A stretch of DNA of 64,000 nucleotides. Source: Entomortierella parvispora E1425 (lineage: Eukaryota > Fungi > Mortierellomycota). The position numbers and the translations under genes are program-made. This document shows positions 24,590 to 36,604 of the stretch, piece by piece (the stretch's first letter is position 1; each line of letters starts with the position of its first letter). The DNA is taken from NCBI GenBank assembly GCA_020891255.1, contig BQFW01000013.1, positions 1,178,001 through 1,242,000 of the forward strand, written 5' to 3'. The notes beneath the pieces are model-generated. The model saw only the letters and a list, made by a program, of their open reading frames with translations. It did not search any database and was not told where the DNA came from.

Positions 24590-26310
24590 ATGCTGCATTC
24601 AAGCTCAATGCTCTCCCTGCTGGGATGCCACGCTACTTCAAGGATAACGCGGACAGCTACAAAGCATTCTCTGTCTCTCATACCAGCATGGCTCACAGCT
24701 TCTCGCTCATTGTGCCGGAGGAGTTTCTCTACCTCGGGCTCGACTGCAACTGAAGGAACTCAGCCTCTTTCGACAAAGAACTCCCAAGGAAACTTCAAGG
24801 CAAGCACCAAATCATGACAACTTTGGGATGCACTGAAAGTGCGGGGCTCTCTAGCCAGCCGGCTTACGTCCATGAAGAAACTAACAGGCGGCTCTATAGG
24901 TGGCGACCTATATTTCCAAAACTAGCGATCCGTGGTCAAACCTCGCGTTCGAAGAATGGTAAGGACGACGAACGATCGTAGGACTGGTTATGAAGAAGCA
25001 TTCAATGGCGCTAACCCGTAACCTTGGATACGCAACTATCATAGGCTATTCAGGAACTCGGATCCAACAACCTACATTTTGTTCCTGTACCGCAATTCGA
25101 AATCAGTCATCATTGGAAGAAATCAGGTACCACAATCAGGAGCATGGTTGTTTATATTGTGATATCGCACCCAATATGTAGGTGTACCTAGGGCTGACTG
25201 ACAGGCATCTTCTTGGACTATACTATTAGAACCCATGGAAGGAATGCAACTTGAAGCAAATGGCAAAGGATGGAGTACCATTCGTGAGGCGCAAAAGTGG
25301 CGGTGGAACAGTGTATCATGTAAGTAGTCGGATCTATGGAGCACATGAATAGCAGCAAAAAAAAGTACTGACAATAGAATGATCAACTCCCTATTCAGGA
25401 TATGGGCAATACCAACTACTCCATCATGATGCCGAGAGCAGTTTTTGACCGGAGGACCAACGTGGATCTGATCTGTCGAGCTCTGCATGAACTGGATATT
25501 CCAGCCATTGTAAACGAGCGTCACGATATTGTGCTGGACGGCAAAAAAGTCTCTGGATCGGCTTTTAAACTGATCCAACATCGATCGTACCATCATGGCA
25601 CCATGCTCATTGATACCGACCTTTCAACTCTGGGCCAGTACCTCCGTGTCAATGCCAATAAGACGAGCTTGATCACCAAGGGTGTAGCTTCCGTTCGTTC
25701 ACCGGTCACGCGATTGAGAGAGTCGTCATTTACGATTGACCACTTGTCATTCTGTGAGGCTGTCAGGACAGAATTTTTGAAACGGTATGCTTTCGACACT
25801 TGGAGACAGAACCTGGAAGGTGAGCCTGTCATCGTGGACGAGGCTCTGGTTGACTCAATTGATGGAGTCAAGACTATCCGAGATGACATGAGGACTTGGG
25901 AGTGGATGTACGGTCAAACCCCAGAGTTCACCTATCAACTTGGACACACATTCTCGTGGGGCTCTGTGGTAAGCTGTTGCTGAATGATCGGCTGTAGTAG
26001 TCTTTGGACGATGTGCTTTCTTTGATATGCTGACAGACAGCTTATCTTCTCATTTACTTAGAATGTTTCCATTCGATCCAAGGAGGGCCAGATTATACGC
26101 TCAGATATCGAGTCCACAGATATGACCAACAGCATGCCGTCATTAGCACTCACAGCGTTGGGTATTGGTATGGAAGGTCAGCGGTACGATGAACAAGGTC
26201 TAGATGAAGCCGTTCAGCGTGTGATGTACGAAGCACCTGAAGTTCTGGCCCCTACTGGAGGCGCCGAGCAGATTAAGGATGTAGTTAAATGGCTCAAGGA
26301 GCAGTTGTAA
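24590..26310 (+). CDS. AIM22: Mitochondrial lipoate-protein ligase / lipoyltransferase (LplA/Aim22/LIPT1 family), 6 exons
   Basis: Exons 24590-24799, 24900-24958, 25045-25126, 25230-25319, 25399-25968 and 26062-26310 are all phase-compatible. Presequence ...[11 protein letters not shown]; [71 protein letters not shown]. Confidence 0.93.
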
Positions 26311-27690
26311 ACATAGAATTCATAGTCAATATAGAAAGTCACCAGATTCCACTATGGTTGGATTGTGGTTTAGAAGTTGAATGAGAGTGATACACTGTAC
26401 AACTCCCGGAAAGCATCGACCTTTAGGCCTATTTCCTTACACAGCTTCTGGATAGAAAATTGGTGACGAGGCCAAAGCGCGGAGAGATGTGGTTGAGATT
26501 GAGATTTAAGTGCTAGTCTTGAGCGTCCCGTAGGAAGACGCTGTTACGGCGTAGGAGCAAGCGCGTGTTCCCTCTGACAGGTGGATAGTGTCTGTGGAAG
26601 ATACTAAGAAAAGAATGACTTCATCAAACCGAGTGAACGTGCTCCTGTGGCGCTGTTTGAGAAGTCATATCCTCGCCACTGGCTGCGACGACTCACTCCG
26701 TACCAGAGGCGGGTATCCTCACATGTGCGTCTCCGCCTCCGATGACTCGATCCGTCTACTCGAATAGATTGTTGTACATATCCTCCGAGCGGGAGACTTT
26801 GGGGTGGAGGGGTGGAGGGGTGGGGAAGGCGGTCAAACGCCCTTGATAGGCCATGCATGCTCACTCTGGGTGAAAATAAAGGATCCTCCTTGGTGCCCTG
26901 GCGCCCTGAGACCAAGCGAAAATGGTAATCGTGAACATCAGGTACGTACATGATTCAGACAAAACTGGGAACTGGAGAGTTGTCTTTTTACAGGACCCAA
27001 TGAGGGGACGACGAATGGGGTGTCTGGGAGTGGGGTCGAGCACCTTAGTCGTCGATGATAGGCCAGGAGGACATTCCTCAAATACGCGCACTGCTGACCT
27101 TGTGACATGGAAGGACGAGGGCCACATCACGGGAGAGGAGCGGGATCAGATTCATTTCCTTTAGAAAAGCCATTGGACGAGGATGGGCCCGGTCCAAGGA
27201 GGGGCTGCGCTTGCATGTCGCTTTGTCTATTTGTATGGTCTTTCGTTCTCACTCCTTTCTCTCTTTCTCTCCTTCATCCAACAATCGCTCCCGAACTTCC
27301 GCACATCCACATCCACATCTGCCTACGCATACACTCCCACACTCCCCTCTCGCCCACCACCCCGACCTGTAAACTTGCTTCCAAAGCCGTACCTTCCCTT
27401 CAAGACTGCAACATTCCTTTGTCACACCCACCGTTCATTTATATTTACCTGAAAAAAAATCCCCGCAGCAAATCCGCAATTTGACCAAACACCAGACCAT
27501 CTGCTCTCCGTAGCGACTCTTTTACCCCACCTCCTAGGCGTCTTCTTTACCCTTCTTCTTCAAAGACTCTTCTCTCATCACATACACCCACACACGCACA
27601 AAAAAAAAAGAAACCTCAACTCCCTTCAGTTCCCTTTCTCCATACCCTTCTCCGTACCTTTCTCCCAAAAAAAAAACCACCCAATCCAAC

Positions 27691-28272
27691 ATGTTCATGC
27701 TCTCCTGGATTCGCTCTTCGGATGCCTCCGCCAACGGCACGGCGGCCGCTGCTGCCGCTGCCCAAGATAACACTGACCAGAACCAACAACAGCACGACGA
27801 CTGGGTCGTGTTGCCTTCGGACCATAACGACTTGATGTCGGCCTCTGTTTCCAACCTGGAGCTCCTCTCGTCGTCCATGACGCTCTATCACCCTTCCTCG
27901 TCCTTGTCACCTTCACCACGTCATACGCATCCCGCAGCCGGCCGGTCACGGAATTCCACCCACGACCCAGCCTCCTCTTCTTCAGCCTCCGCCTTGCTTC
28001 CTCTCTTGAATCACAAGAGTCGGAGACAACTCAAGCAAGAACAAAGGCGGCAGCAAGAAATGGAAGCCATGGAACGTCGACCTCGCTACGACCCCATGAT
28101 GGCCAAACTGCGCGATACAGAGTTCAAGATGATGAAGTTGAACAAGATGGGCTTGAGGACCGGAAGGATCTTGAGCTCCACCACAGGAGGGGCCAATTCC
28201 GTCAAGAGTCAACAACGCAGTTCGGCTGGTTCCGCTGTCACCTCTGGAGCCGCTCCCTTGAAGATTTGTTAA
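27691..28272 (+). CDS. Hypothetical 193-aa disordered protein with an acidic WxxL (Atg8-interacting-like) motif
   Basis: Intronless ORF with a good start context (ccaacATG), HDDWVVL motif, Ser-rich linker and a charged helical segment (RRQLKQEQRRQQEMEAMERRPRYDP). Confidence 0.65.
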   Translation: MFMLSWIRSSDASANGTAAAAAAAQDNTDQNQQQHDDWVVLPSDHNDLMSASVSNLELLSSSMTLYHPSSSLSPSPRHTHPAAGRSRNSTHDPASSSSASALLPLLNHKSRRQLKQEQRRQQEMEAMERRPRYDPMMAKLRDTEFKMMKLNKMGLRTGRILSSTTGGANSVKSQQRSSAGSAVTSGAAPLKIC

Positions 28273-29394
28273 ACACGCGTTCTCGTACTGTCGTGTCCCC
28301 CTCCTTCCTCGTCCTGATTAGAGAAAATAAGAGAAAAACATAAAAAAACTGCGGGAAAAGGGGGGTTCGTGTACCCATGCAGGAGACACGCACACGCACA
28401 CACGCACACACGCACACACGCACACACACACAAAAAAAAACACGCAATAATAATTGGAGTGCTATCTCTCTATCTTTTTTTTTTTTTTTTTTTTTTTTTT
28501 TCACGTTTTCTCTCTATGGATCACGCCTTTCATTCTCAAGGGCATGGTCCCATAGTCCCTAATAAAAACGGGTGGGTATCGCACCACCCGCGATCTTGCA
28601 AGATGTAGAAAATGAGTTTAATTGATTGTCAGGACGTTTGAAAAAAAAAAAAAAGATCTTAACAAATGGCGCCTCGGCATTTTGATCCAAAGAGAATACA
28701 GGGCGATGAAGATCCATAGGCCGTGTCTGGATCGCATTGCTAATGCACGGACAGAAAGAACAAAATGGAGAACTATCTGAATTAGGAAACCAAAAGAAGC
28801 ATCACCCCTGTTCCTTCAACAGCAATGTCAGTCCGATTCCGAACCGTTTGCCCTCGACAGTGCACTACGGTACAAAAAAAAAAAAAGGGTCAGTTCGAGC
28901 AATGTGGAGAGACAAACTGGATCTCATTTTTTTTTATCCTCTTCTCAGCCATGAATCTTACCGATCCCGTCTCCGCAGGTTTGATATGATCGGTCATCGA
29001 CACCTGTATGTTCAACAACAACCCATCGCTTAATGACAAACAATCGCAAAGGAACAATCATTGACTGGATCATGGCACAAGATTGTCAACTCCTGTCATT
29101 TACATCGCACGAAACCTCCCCGTGAACAGGCTATATTGGCCACAGTGGTGGTCGAGATTACTAAAAGGACAATTGAGGAGACGGACAATAGAGTCCACAG
29201 GTTGAGTCGAGCCATGGTCGTTGTGTGATGTGCAATGTATGTCAAGAAGGCTCGGAAGAATTATCAATGAGAAAGGTAAGAGAAGACGACAGAGGAGAAA
29301 AGAGAGAGAAGGAGAGAGTGAGGAATGTTTTTAAAGGGAATATTGTACTTTTTACTATTGCTACATTTGTTGGTACATTGGGGGACGACGCTAC

Positions 29395-32300
29395 CTAGTA
29401 CTCGTCCGACTCTTCTGCTTCTGACGGCCCCACGACTTCTTCATCCTCTTCCGATGAACTATTTTCTACAACTTGAGAGATCACTTGGCCAGCTCTCATC
29501 CCCTCGTCTTCATCTTGGTCTTCGTCTTCGTCCTCCTGCTGACCTCTTCCACCAAAGAGTGATTCATATCGACTCGAGATAACAGGCTCCCAGAGGGGTT
29601 TTTCGCTATTGGTATACTCCTTGGCATTGTTTTCTTGCTCTTCGTGGTCGCTGTTGCTGTCGCTGTCACTCACTTCCATCTGAACATGGTTGTCCATGGA
29701 CCGGCTCCGCTGCTTGATCGTGTTTTCTCTAGTAAGGGAAAGGTCGTTTTCTTCGTCATCTCCTACATCTCCCTCGTCCTGTTCGTCTCCCACTTCCGCA
29801 TCTCTGTTTTCATCGTCTGCTTGGTCTCCCTGTTCCTCTTCCTCTCCATGTTCCTCAGCAACAACTTGAGCATTGGTCTCTACTTGTTGTTGCTCCTCTT
29901 CCTCTCGTCTATTCCCATCCGTATCATCCTCCGGGGTATCGTCGCGAACCGCAGCCGCTTGCTGTTTTCGAGGCCTACCCCTACCCCTGGAGGCGTTAGC
30001 CGCCCGAGCCTTGACACGAGGAGGTGGAACGACCGGTGTAGGTGTCGTTTCTCTGGAAAGCGTAGCAACCGGCGTTACTTCTCTTGACGGTGTAGAAGCT
30101 GCCGTCTGGGCTCGGGAACGTCGAGCGGCCGGGGCCGCATTCATCCGACGAGTGTGCCAATAATGTTGTCCCGAAGACAGACTATGTGACCATTTCATTG
30201 TCTCCTCCAGCGACGACTGCGAGGGCCAAAAATCGCAATCGACGACTTGAACACGTCGCTTTTTGGCTGGTCTTCTTAACTGTGTCTCGATATCGTCATT
30301 ACCATCGCTATCGTTGTTGTTGTCGCCACTATCGCTCACACTGTTTTGGTCTGACAGCTGTAAATCGCCATCGGATTCAAAGTCTTCTTCGTCCTCATCC
30401 TCCTCCTCATCCTCACTCAAACGCCCAGATCGGTGACTAAAACGGGTCCAGGCTCCGGACTGGCTCGTTCCTGAAGGCATAGACCCATCTTTTACTGTCG
30501 TTGCATTACCGTTCCCGTTCATATCGGGAACATGATCGAGACTGTGACCTTCCTGAGCAGACTCTTCCTCTGAGGATCGCTTCTCCTGTTCCTCCTTTTG
30601 CAACCTCATCCATTCTTCCTTTTCCGCATAGACTTCACAGTCCTCCATTTGCCCCTCCTTGCCGAGTTTGAATGCGAAATCGGAAATGGTCTCCTGGATG
30701 ATCATTCCAAGGGCGATATGCGACGTCAAGTCCATGGCTTCAAAAACATCTGGACATGGGTTCGTGTGGGTATAATAGTAAGATGCGTAAAAGTGAAGAG
30801 CCCGCAGGAAAGATGTCTCGGGAATATCTACACGTACCATACCAAGAAAAGAGAAACAAAGCGAGTAAATAAGAGTGATTATAGACCAAAAAAAAAAGGT
30901 GAAAAATATATAATAAATAAATGGCCAAAACCAGGCAGAAGCACTTACCACAAGCACTTGGAATCACATAGTCATCTGCCTTGGGTACCCAAGGACGGTA
31001 AGTCTCTGTCATTTGAGTCCTGTACTGAGGAACATGTTCTGGTAGCAGACCATCTTTCCTCTTCTTGACTCGGAATTCATTTGAGCTGATGCCTCTGTTT
31101 CCGCGCTGTGGCTTTGTCATAGCAGTCTCCTTCTCGATAACAGATTTCGGTTTCGAATGGTATCCACTCCAGTACTCATTATCCTTGAGGGCAGTGGCAG
31201 TAGCTGTAGCCAGGGCATTGTAATTGTGACTCTGAAAGCCATAGCGGAGCTCTTGATCTCTCAAAGCCTCCTGAGTCTCCCTACTGAGACCAACCGTCAC
31301 TCTTTCCTCTGCATGAGGACCATCCGAGTTTCTAAAGAAGGCGACATCATGGTCGCCTTTCAAAGGCATCCAATCTGTCCTGAACGCGAGGTTTTGGTGC
31401 CGTTGCTGCTCTTTACTGTTGCTGTCCAGGAGGAATTTGTCGACAATCTGTGGGCCCAGGTTCATTTTCTTTTTTTCAACCTCTACATTGGCGTCGGAAT
31501 CCTCGGCCGCTGTTTCAGTATCGATTCGACGCTTCCGATTGCGTTTCTTGTCGTTCCAGCCCTCGCTAATAAGATCCGCATGATGCCCTAAGAGAATTTC
31601 CCGCTCTCTCTTTGCGATGACATTGGATCGACTTTGAAGGACATAATCGACCGTTGCAGCTGGGTTTCGATCCATGGCGGGAATACCTCTGTAAAAGATC
31701 TGCCAGTGCGGTTGATGACTTTTGGCATCCTGACCTCGTCGCCTCCGACTGGAGCGCTCCTCTTCGCCAGATCCAGTCTCGATTGAGCGACCGGGGTCAT
31801 CGTTGCTGCTGTTGTTGTTCTCCTCTTTAATCGGGACCATTGTTACGCTCTTGACGGCTTCGCCCCAAACTTCAGTGCGGGAGTGACTCTTGTCTGCAGC
31901 AGGCGGTAACTGATCAAGCTTTTTGGCTATAGCGGTAAGACGCCTGTAGATCCCGCGTGGAATGAGAGGAGGACCCTCCACTGGATAGGAGCACATCTCA
32001 ACGGTCGTGTCTTGGTGTTGGCCAGCTGCAGTGCCTAGTTTTCCTCCATGAATATCCTCCGGGTGCAAGCCGTAGTCCCGAGGTCGAACGATGGAGCGGG
32101 TGTACCTTGCAGACGAGTAATAGCACTGTGAACAGATGGGTTTGTGTCCTGAGCATTCAAAGCCCTGGGTGATGCACGCAGTGCATGACTTTGAGTATCG
32201 AACTGGAAGATCCATTGCTGTTGGGGTAGTTGCTAAGGTTGCCGCTTCTCTCGGGCGAGCTACGGCCCTCTCTGGACTATCTCCATCAGAGTCGCTGTCT

Positions 32301-32590
32301 TGTTCCGCCGTCGAAGTCTCTGCTTCTGATTCACTGTCGACGGAGAGGGCTTTCGTCTCGCCCCACCTTTCTCCATATTCATCCACGCGATACCGACGTG
32401 GCTTGGGAAGGTCGAGCTCGGGCGCATGACGGGGGACGACAGTGGCGAGATGCTTCAGACGCTTGTTGATTAGTCGCTCGAGATTGTCCTTGTTCTGCTC
32501 CGAATGTGCCAACACCTCTGGAGGCGCCGAGTATGTCGGAGGGCGAGGCGCGAATGCACGAGGTCGTCGTCGGTAGGGTCGTGGTGGCAT
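29395..32590 (-). CDS. 1024-aa nuclear protein: Zn(II)2Cys6-like cluster + Rrn10 (UAF)-like domain + AT-hook + acidic tail
   Basis: Exons 32590-30949 and 30827-29395 (3075 nt, in frame). CTAC-x6-C-x6-CSQC motif; DIPETSFLRALHFYASYYY...VFEAMDLTSHIALGMIIQETISDF resembles yeast Rrn10 (IPDIDLRVVHYYATQL...NAFDETSLITLGLLIEKWVKDY, from memory); RGRGRPRK. Confidence 0.75.
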
Positions 32591-32821
32591 CAGCTCTGCA
32601 ATCGTCAGCCGCTGGTCACAAAAGAAGGAAAGGGATGCGACCAAAGGATGGAAGGAATTAAGGAATTAGGAGGAAGGGTGTAAGCGTGCGTTGTTGTCCA
32701 TGGGGATGCAAAGCAAATGCAAATGCAAAAAGAAAAAAAAAAAAAAAAAAAAAAAAAAAGACATTATTGCTTTGCTTTCTTTTCTTTTGACAGTCACATG
32801 CGCCACCAAATTTATTGTAAG

Positions 32822-35268
32822 TTAACTATGTGGTGTTGGAGACATCATGGACCCGCTCGAGTGGCTGGACGAACGTCTCCACTCTCCCACTGCGTTACGG
32901 AGTCGCGACCGCTTCTCATCTAGCCCTGGTTGTTGTTGTTGTTGTTGTTGTGTTGTCGTTGCCCGATACTCCTTGTGGAACTGGAGCAATTGGTGAGAGT
33001 TATGGTGCAGGTGCTGCTGGTGCTGCTGGTGCTGCTGGTGCTGAGGATGCGGTGTCGATGTCGTCACAGGTGTCGAGCTCGGTGTGAACATGGACGGCAT
33101 TGGGGAGGTGGGCGATCCAGACACAGAGGACGCTTGAGAAGAGGTCGCGGTCGACAGTGACGGTGTCCTCTCTGACCCATGCATCTCCCACCCAGTCTGT
33201 AGCATTGGAGGCGGTTGAGGTCGTGCACTCTTGCGGAGAACAGACTTTCGGAAAAAGTCGTCGTCGCAGTCGTCTTCGTCAATAATATAGGGGGAGCGTG
33301 ATCCCTGTCCATTGCTGATCTGCTTTTGCGTGTCATCCTGACGATCTGTCATCTTTGACTCGCTGTGCCGTGAATCATCCTGATCTCTGTCTATTTGCAT
33401 CTTGAATGCGCCTGGGCTACTAGTCTCAGTAGGCGTGGAAACGGCTCCTTGGGACTGCATACTTCTGGTCGAATGGACCGACTTGAATGACGTCGTCTGA
33501 GGTGGCATTGTGGGGCGCTCCAGCGTCTCCATCCTCGATGGATCAAGAAGTGGACTCTCTTGCTCTTCAGGAATAGAGTCAGACGAGGCACTGTGTCGCG
33601 ACCGTCGATCTTCATTGGCGCCCAACCAGTCCTCACCGTTCCTGACCACTGATACTGGCAGTGAAGGGAGAGCAGGAATAGAAGGTAGCTCTGTCCTCCT
33701 CGCCGCCTCGGCGGCCACTTCCTCGACACTGCTCAGAGTGACTAACGGTCTAGACGACCCTGCAGCAAAACTGGCCGATCTTGTCGGACGAGCCATTGCA
33801 GACATTGGAGAGGATGAGGCAGGGTATGCTGATTGGGGCGATGACGCTCCACCTGCGGTGGAAGGACTGAAGTTGGTCTGCAGGAACTTGGGAACCAACT
33901 TTCCAAAGAGCTTAGATGTCCTCCGAGAGGCCTTCGAGGATGAAGATACAGATGCGGCAGTATTGGTGGTGGATACCGAAACGATGTCGGAATTGTCCTG
34001 GATATAGATACTGTCGCTCTGGCTTGCTCGACGCAGGGATGCAGTCGTCGTCGAGACCATGGGAGATCTCATCTGGGATTGATCCTGTTGTAACTTGGGA
34101 GGCGGGGCCGGACGCTCCTCATCTGTGGTTTTCGTCTCCGCGGAAGGAGCCTCCTTTGAGGCAGCATCAAGATCATGTTGGAGGCCCACTCCAGCCCCAG
34201 AAGACGCCTTTTGCGCCGTGGCCGATGGGGCGTTCTATGAAAAAAGAGAAGAGTTGCGAAACATCGCAATTAAGTCAGAAACATGTCATGAGAACGGTGC
34301 CTGGGAAACATCAGACTGAATCCCTGCCTTACCTCCAGTGTGTGTGCGGTCTCTGGTGAGCCGACATTCGTGACAGTCAGAAACGGCGCTGTGCGGGCGA
34401 AAGCAGAGTCAACCTTAGTCTCGAAAGTGCAGTCTGCATTGGCGACAGCGTATGGAGATATACCGGTTGCGGTCGCTGCAGTGGTTGTAACGGGTGCAAT
34501 GGATGCAGAGTCGTTCTGGGCTGCGTTCAGTCCCGCTGAACCTTTTGAGTTTGTCTGTCTCACGCCAGAGTGTTCGCCGTCTCGGAGTGCTTCCAGGACT
34601 CCAAGGACAAGTCCGCTGCCGTTCTCACTCCTGTGTTTGCGGTGGAGGTCCATTGGGGACAACAATGTTGACGTGGCAGAACTGTTGGCGTCCTTTGTTG
34701 TTGTTGTCGGTGCTGTCGTGTTTTCTTTGGTCTCTCGGATAGCCTCGAGTGTCATTGCCCGTGGACGAGTGGTGATTGTGAGCGAGTGGCGCATCATGGG
34801 CGAGCCAGAGGTGGGACAAGCAGGAGGAGTGTGCGCATCGTTGTGTGCACTCTCCGTGCTGGCATCGACTCCATGGAATAAGAATTCACCCGTTGCGGAA
34901 GAGTCAGTCGTCTCCGGGGTCTGGCCAGAGGTCGCAGAGGCTCCAGACCGGACTGAGGAGGATGAGACGGGGCGCCGTGAAGAGGAGCCCCTCCGGCTTG
35001 GGTCTTTGATATAATCCTGGAACGAGCTGCGAGTATGGTGTTGCATGGATGGAGTCGTTGGCGAGAGTGTGGGGGAGGAGGCGTGGACCTCCTCACCTTC
35101 AGCAAATGCCAGGGGTGCGGCAGGGAGAGCACGCTCGTAGGCGTTGCTGGATAACTGTCGAGCACGACTGAGAAGCGCCTCCGCAGCGGCTTGTGTTGGG
35201 GTGGATGGAGAGGAAGGCGAAAAGGGGGACAGAGGCGTGGGAGGAGATGCGGGAGCAAGAGTGGCCAT
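32822..35268 (-). CDS. Hypothetical Ser/Pro/Thr-rich disordered protein (~782 aa, 2 exons)
   Basis: Exons 35268-34333 and 34234-32822, phase 0 junction (LE|NAPS). Poly-Q near the C-terminus and a DEKRSRLRNAVGEWRRS segment. No recognisable folded domain. Confidence 0.7.
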
Positions 35269-36604
35269 GGTTTGGGTGCCTGTGTGTGGACAAGAGCTTA
35301 AAAAAAGGTGAGAGCGTGCTGGAATGCAATGCTGGGCGAATGGGTAAACGACTCTGCAGCGAAATGAGGTGTGGGATGAAAAGAAAAAAGAAAAACGATG
35401 GGCGAGGAGGAGAAGAAAGAAGGAAGGTGGGGACAAAGGATGTAGCGAAAGACGGGTGGGTGGAAGGAAGGAAGAAGGAAAGGAAAGAAGGAACGGAAAG
35501 GAAGAACATCCTTGCAGAGACAAACACGCGACGCAAAAAAAGAAAAACTTTGTCCCTTCTCGACAGTGGTGACATAAGACGGATCGTACCTCGACCTGTC
35601 ATCGTTGCGAACCAGAAAACGAGCAGGTGCAAACAAACAACAGGAACCACTGCCTCGCCGGGGCTGGATGAAGAGCTGAAGACAGGGCTCTCATCGTTGT
35701 TCGTCATCCGTTCGCTCTCTTTTCTTTTTTTTTTTTTTTTTTTTTTGGCTGTCGACTTTTTTGGGTTGGGTGTTGGGTTGAGCTGGGTTGGGTTGGGGGG
35801 GAGGGATGTTGCTGTGCACAATCGAACAAGACGTCCAGGTCCATCTGCATGGTTCTCGATCATTTGAACCTACATGTACCGATCCCTATTATTAGGCAGG
35901 GAGAGCACGCTCTTTCTTCCGCTGCGGATGCATGAACCGTTTGTCCTGCTTGCATGACTTGAACATGAGTCCACTAGAGGCCGTCACTGTGTGTCCGAGC
36001 GGGATCAGGATCACAGCATCCAACCTCAGCCCCTGTAGCTGCTGACCGACCGTCTGCCTGTTCGCCGAGATCGTCAAACAAAAAAAAACTGTTGGATAAT
36101 CGTCCTGGGGAAAGTTGGACAAAACCCCTTTTCTGCTGCGATTGTTTTAATACATCCTTTTTCTAGTCAAAGATCAACTCTCTCGAAAAGCGCGCGCTTT
36201 CTTTATTGTTCTTATTCGCCAGCACGAGCTCTTTGTTGGTGGCACAAACGGGTATTGGTTGCCACATCCCCTAACGGAAAAGAAGTCATCTCACGATGTT
36301 TGTTGGAGGTACAGTGCGATTGGTCGACTCAAGAGTCTGTAACCTTTTCACCACAAGTGAACAGTCTCTCGTACCCGACAGAGCGAAAAAGAAAAAGAAA
36401 GACACTGAAATGTACAGTATTCTGCAACGTTTATGAAGAGAAAAGGGGAGGAAAGTGAACGACATATGTACAGGACTAGAGTCAACAAGAGGACTCTATC
36501 CAAGAAAGGATAGAGTGATTTCTCATTGCCTAAAAGTTCATCTTGTCAAAAGGAGAAAATGAGGCAGCAAATAAAAAACATCCTTTCTTCTCTGGTTTGT
36601 TTTT

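Noticed and set aside
24364-24753. 129-aa ORF between COX23 and the lipoate ligase
   Set aside because: Overlaps, in another frame, the presequence exon of the lipoate ligase (ATG 24590), which splices cleanly to the catalytic exons.
26600-27164. Short ORFs and an intron-like segment (GTACGT at 26942 to TTACAG near 26993)
   Set aside because: Splicing gives no ATG-initiated protein-like frame. It could be a non-coding transcript, but nothing in the sequence supports a call.
36187-36200. Perfect 14-bp palindrome AAAGCGCGCGCTTT (similar AAACGCGTTT near 9955 and CTAGGGCCCTAG at 8778-8789)
   Set aside because: Short CGCG/poly(A) palindromes are ordinary promoter nucleosome-depletion motifs or chance. 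There are no flanking target-site duplications or element structure.
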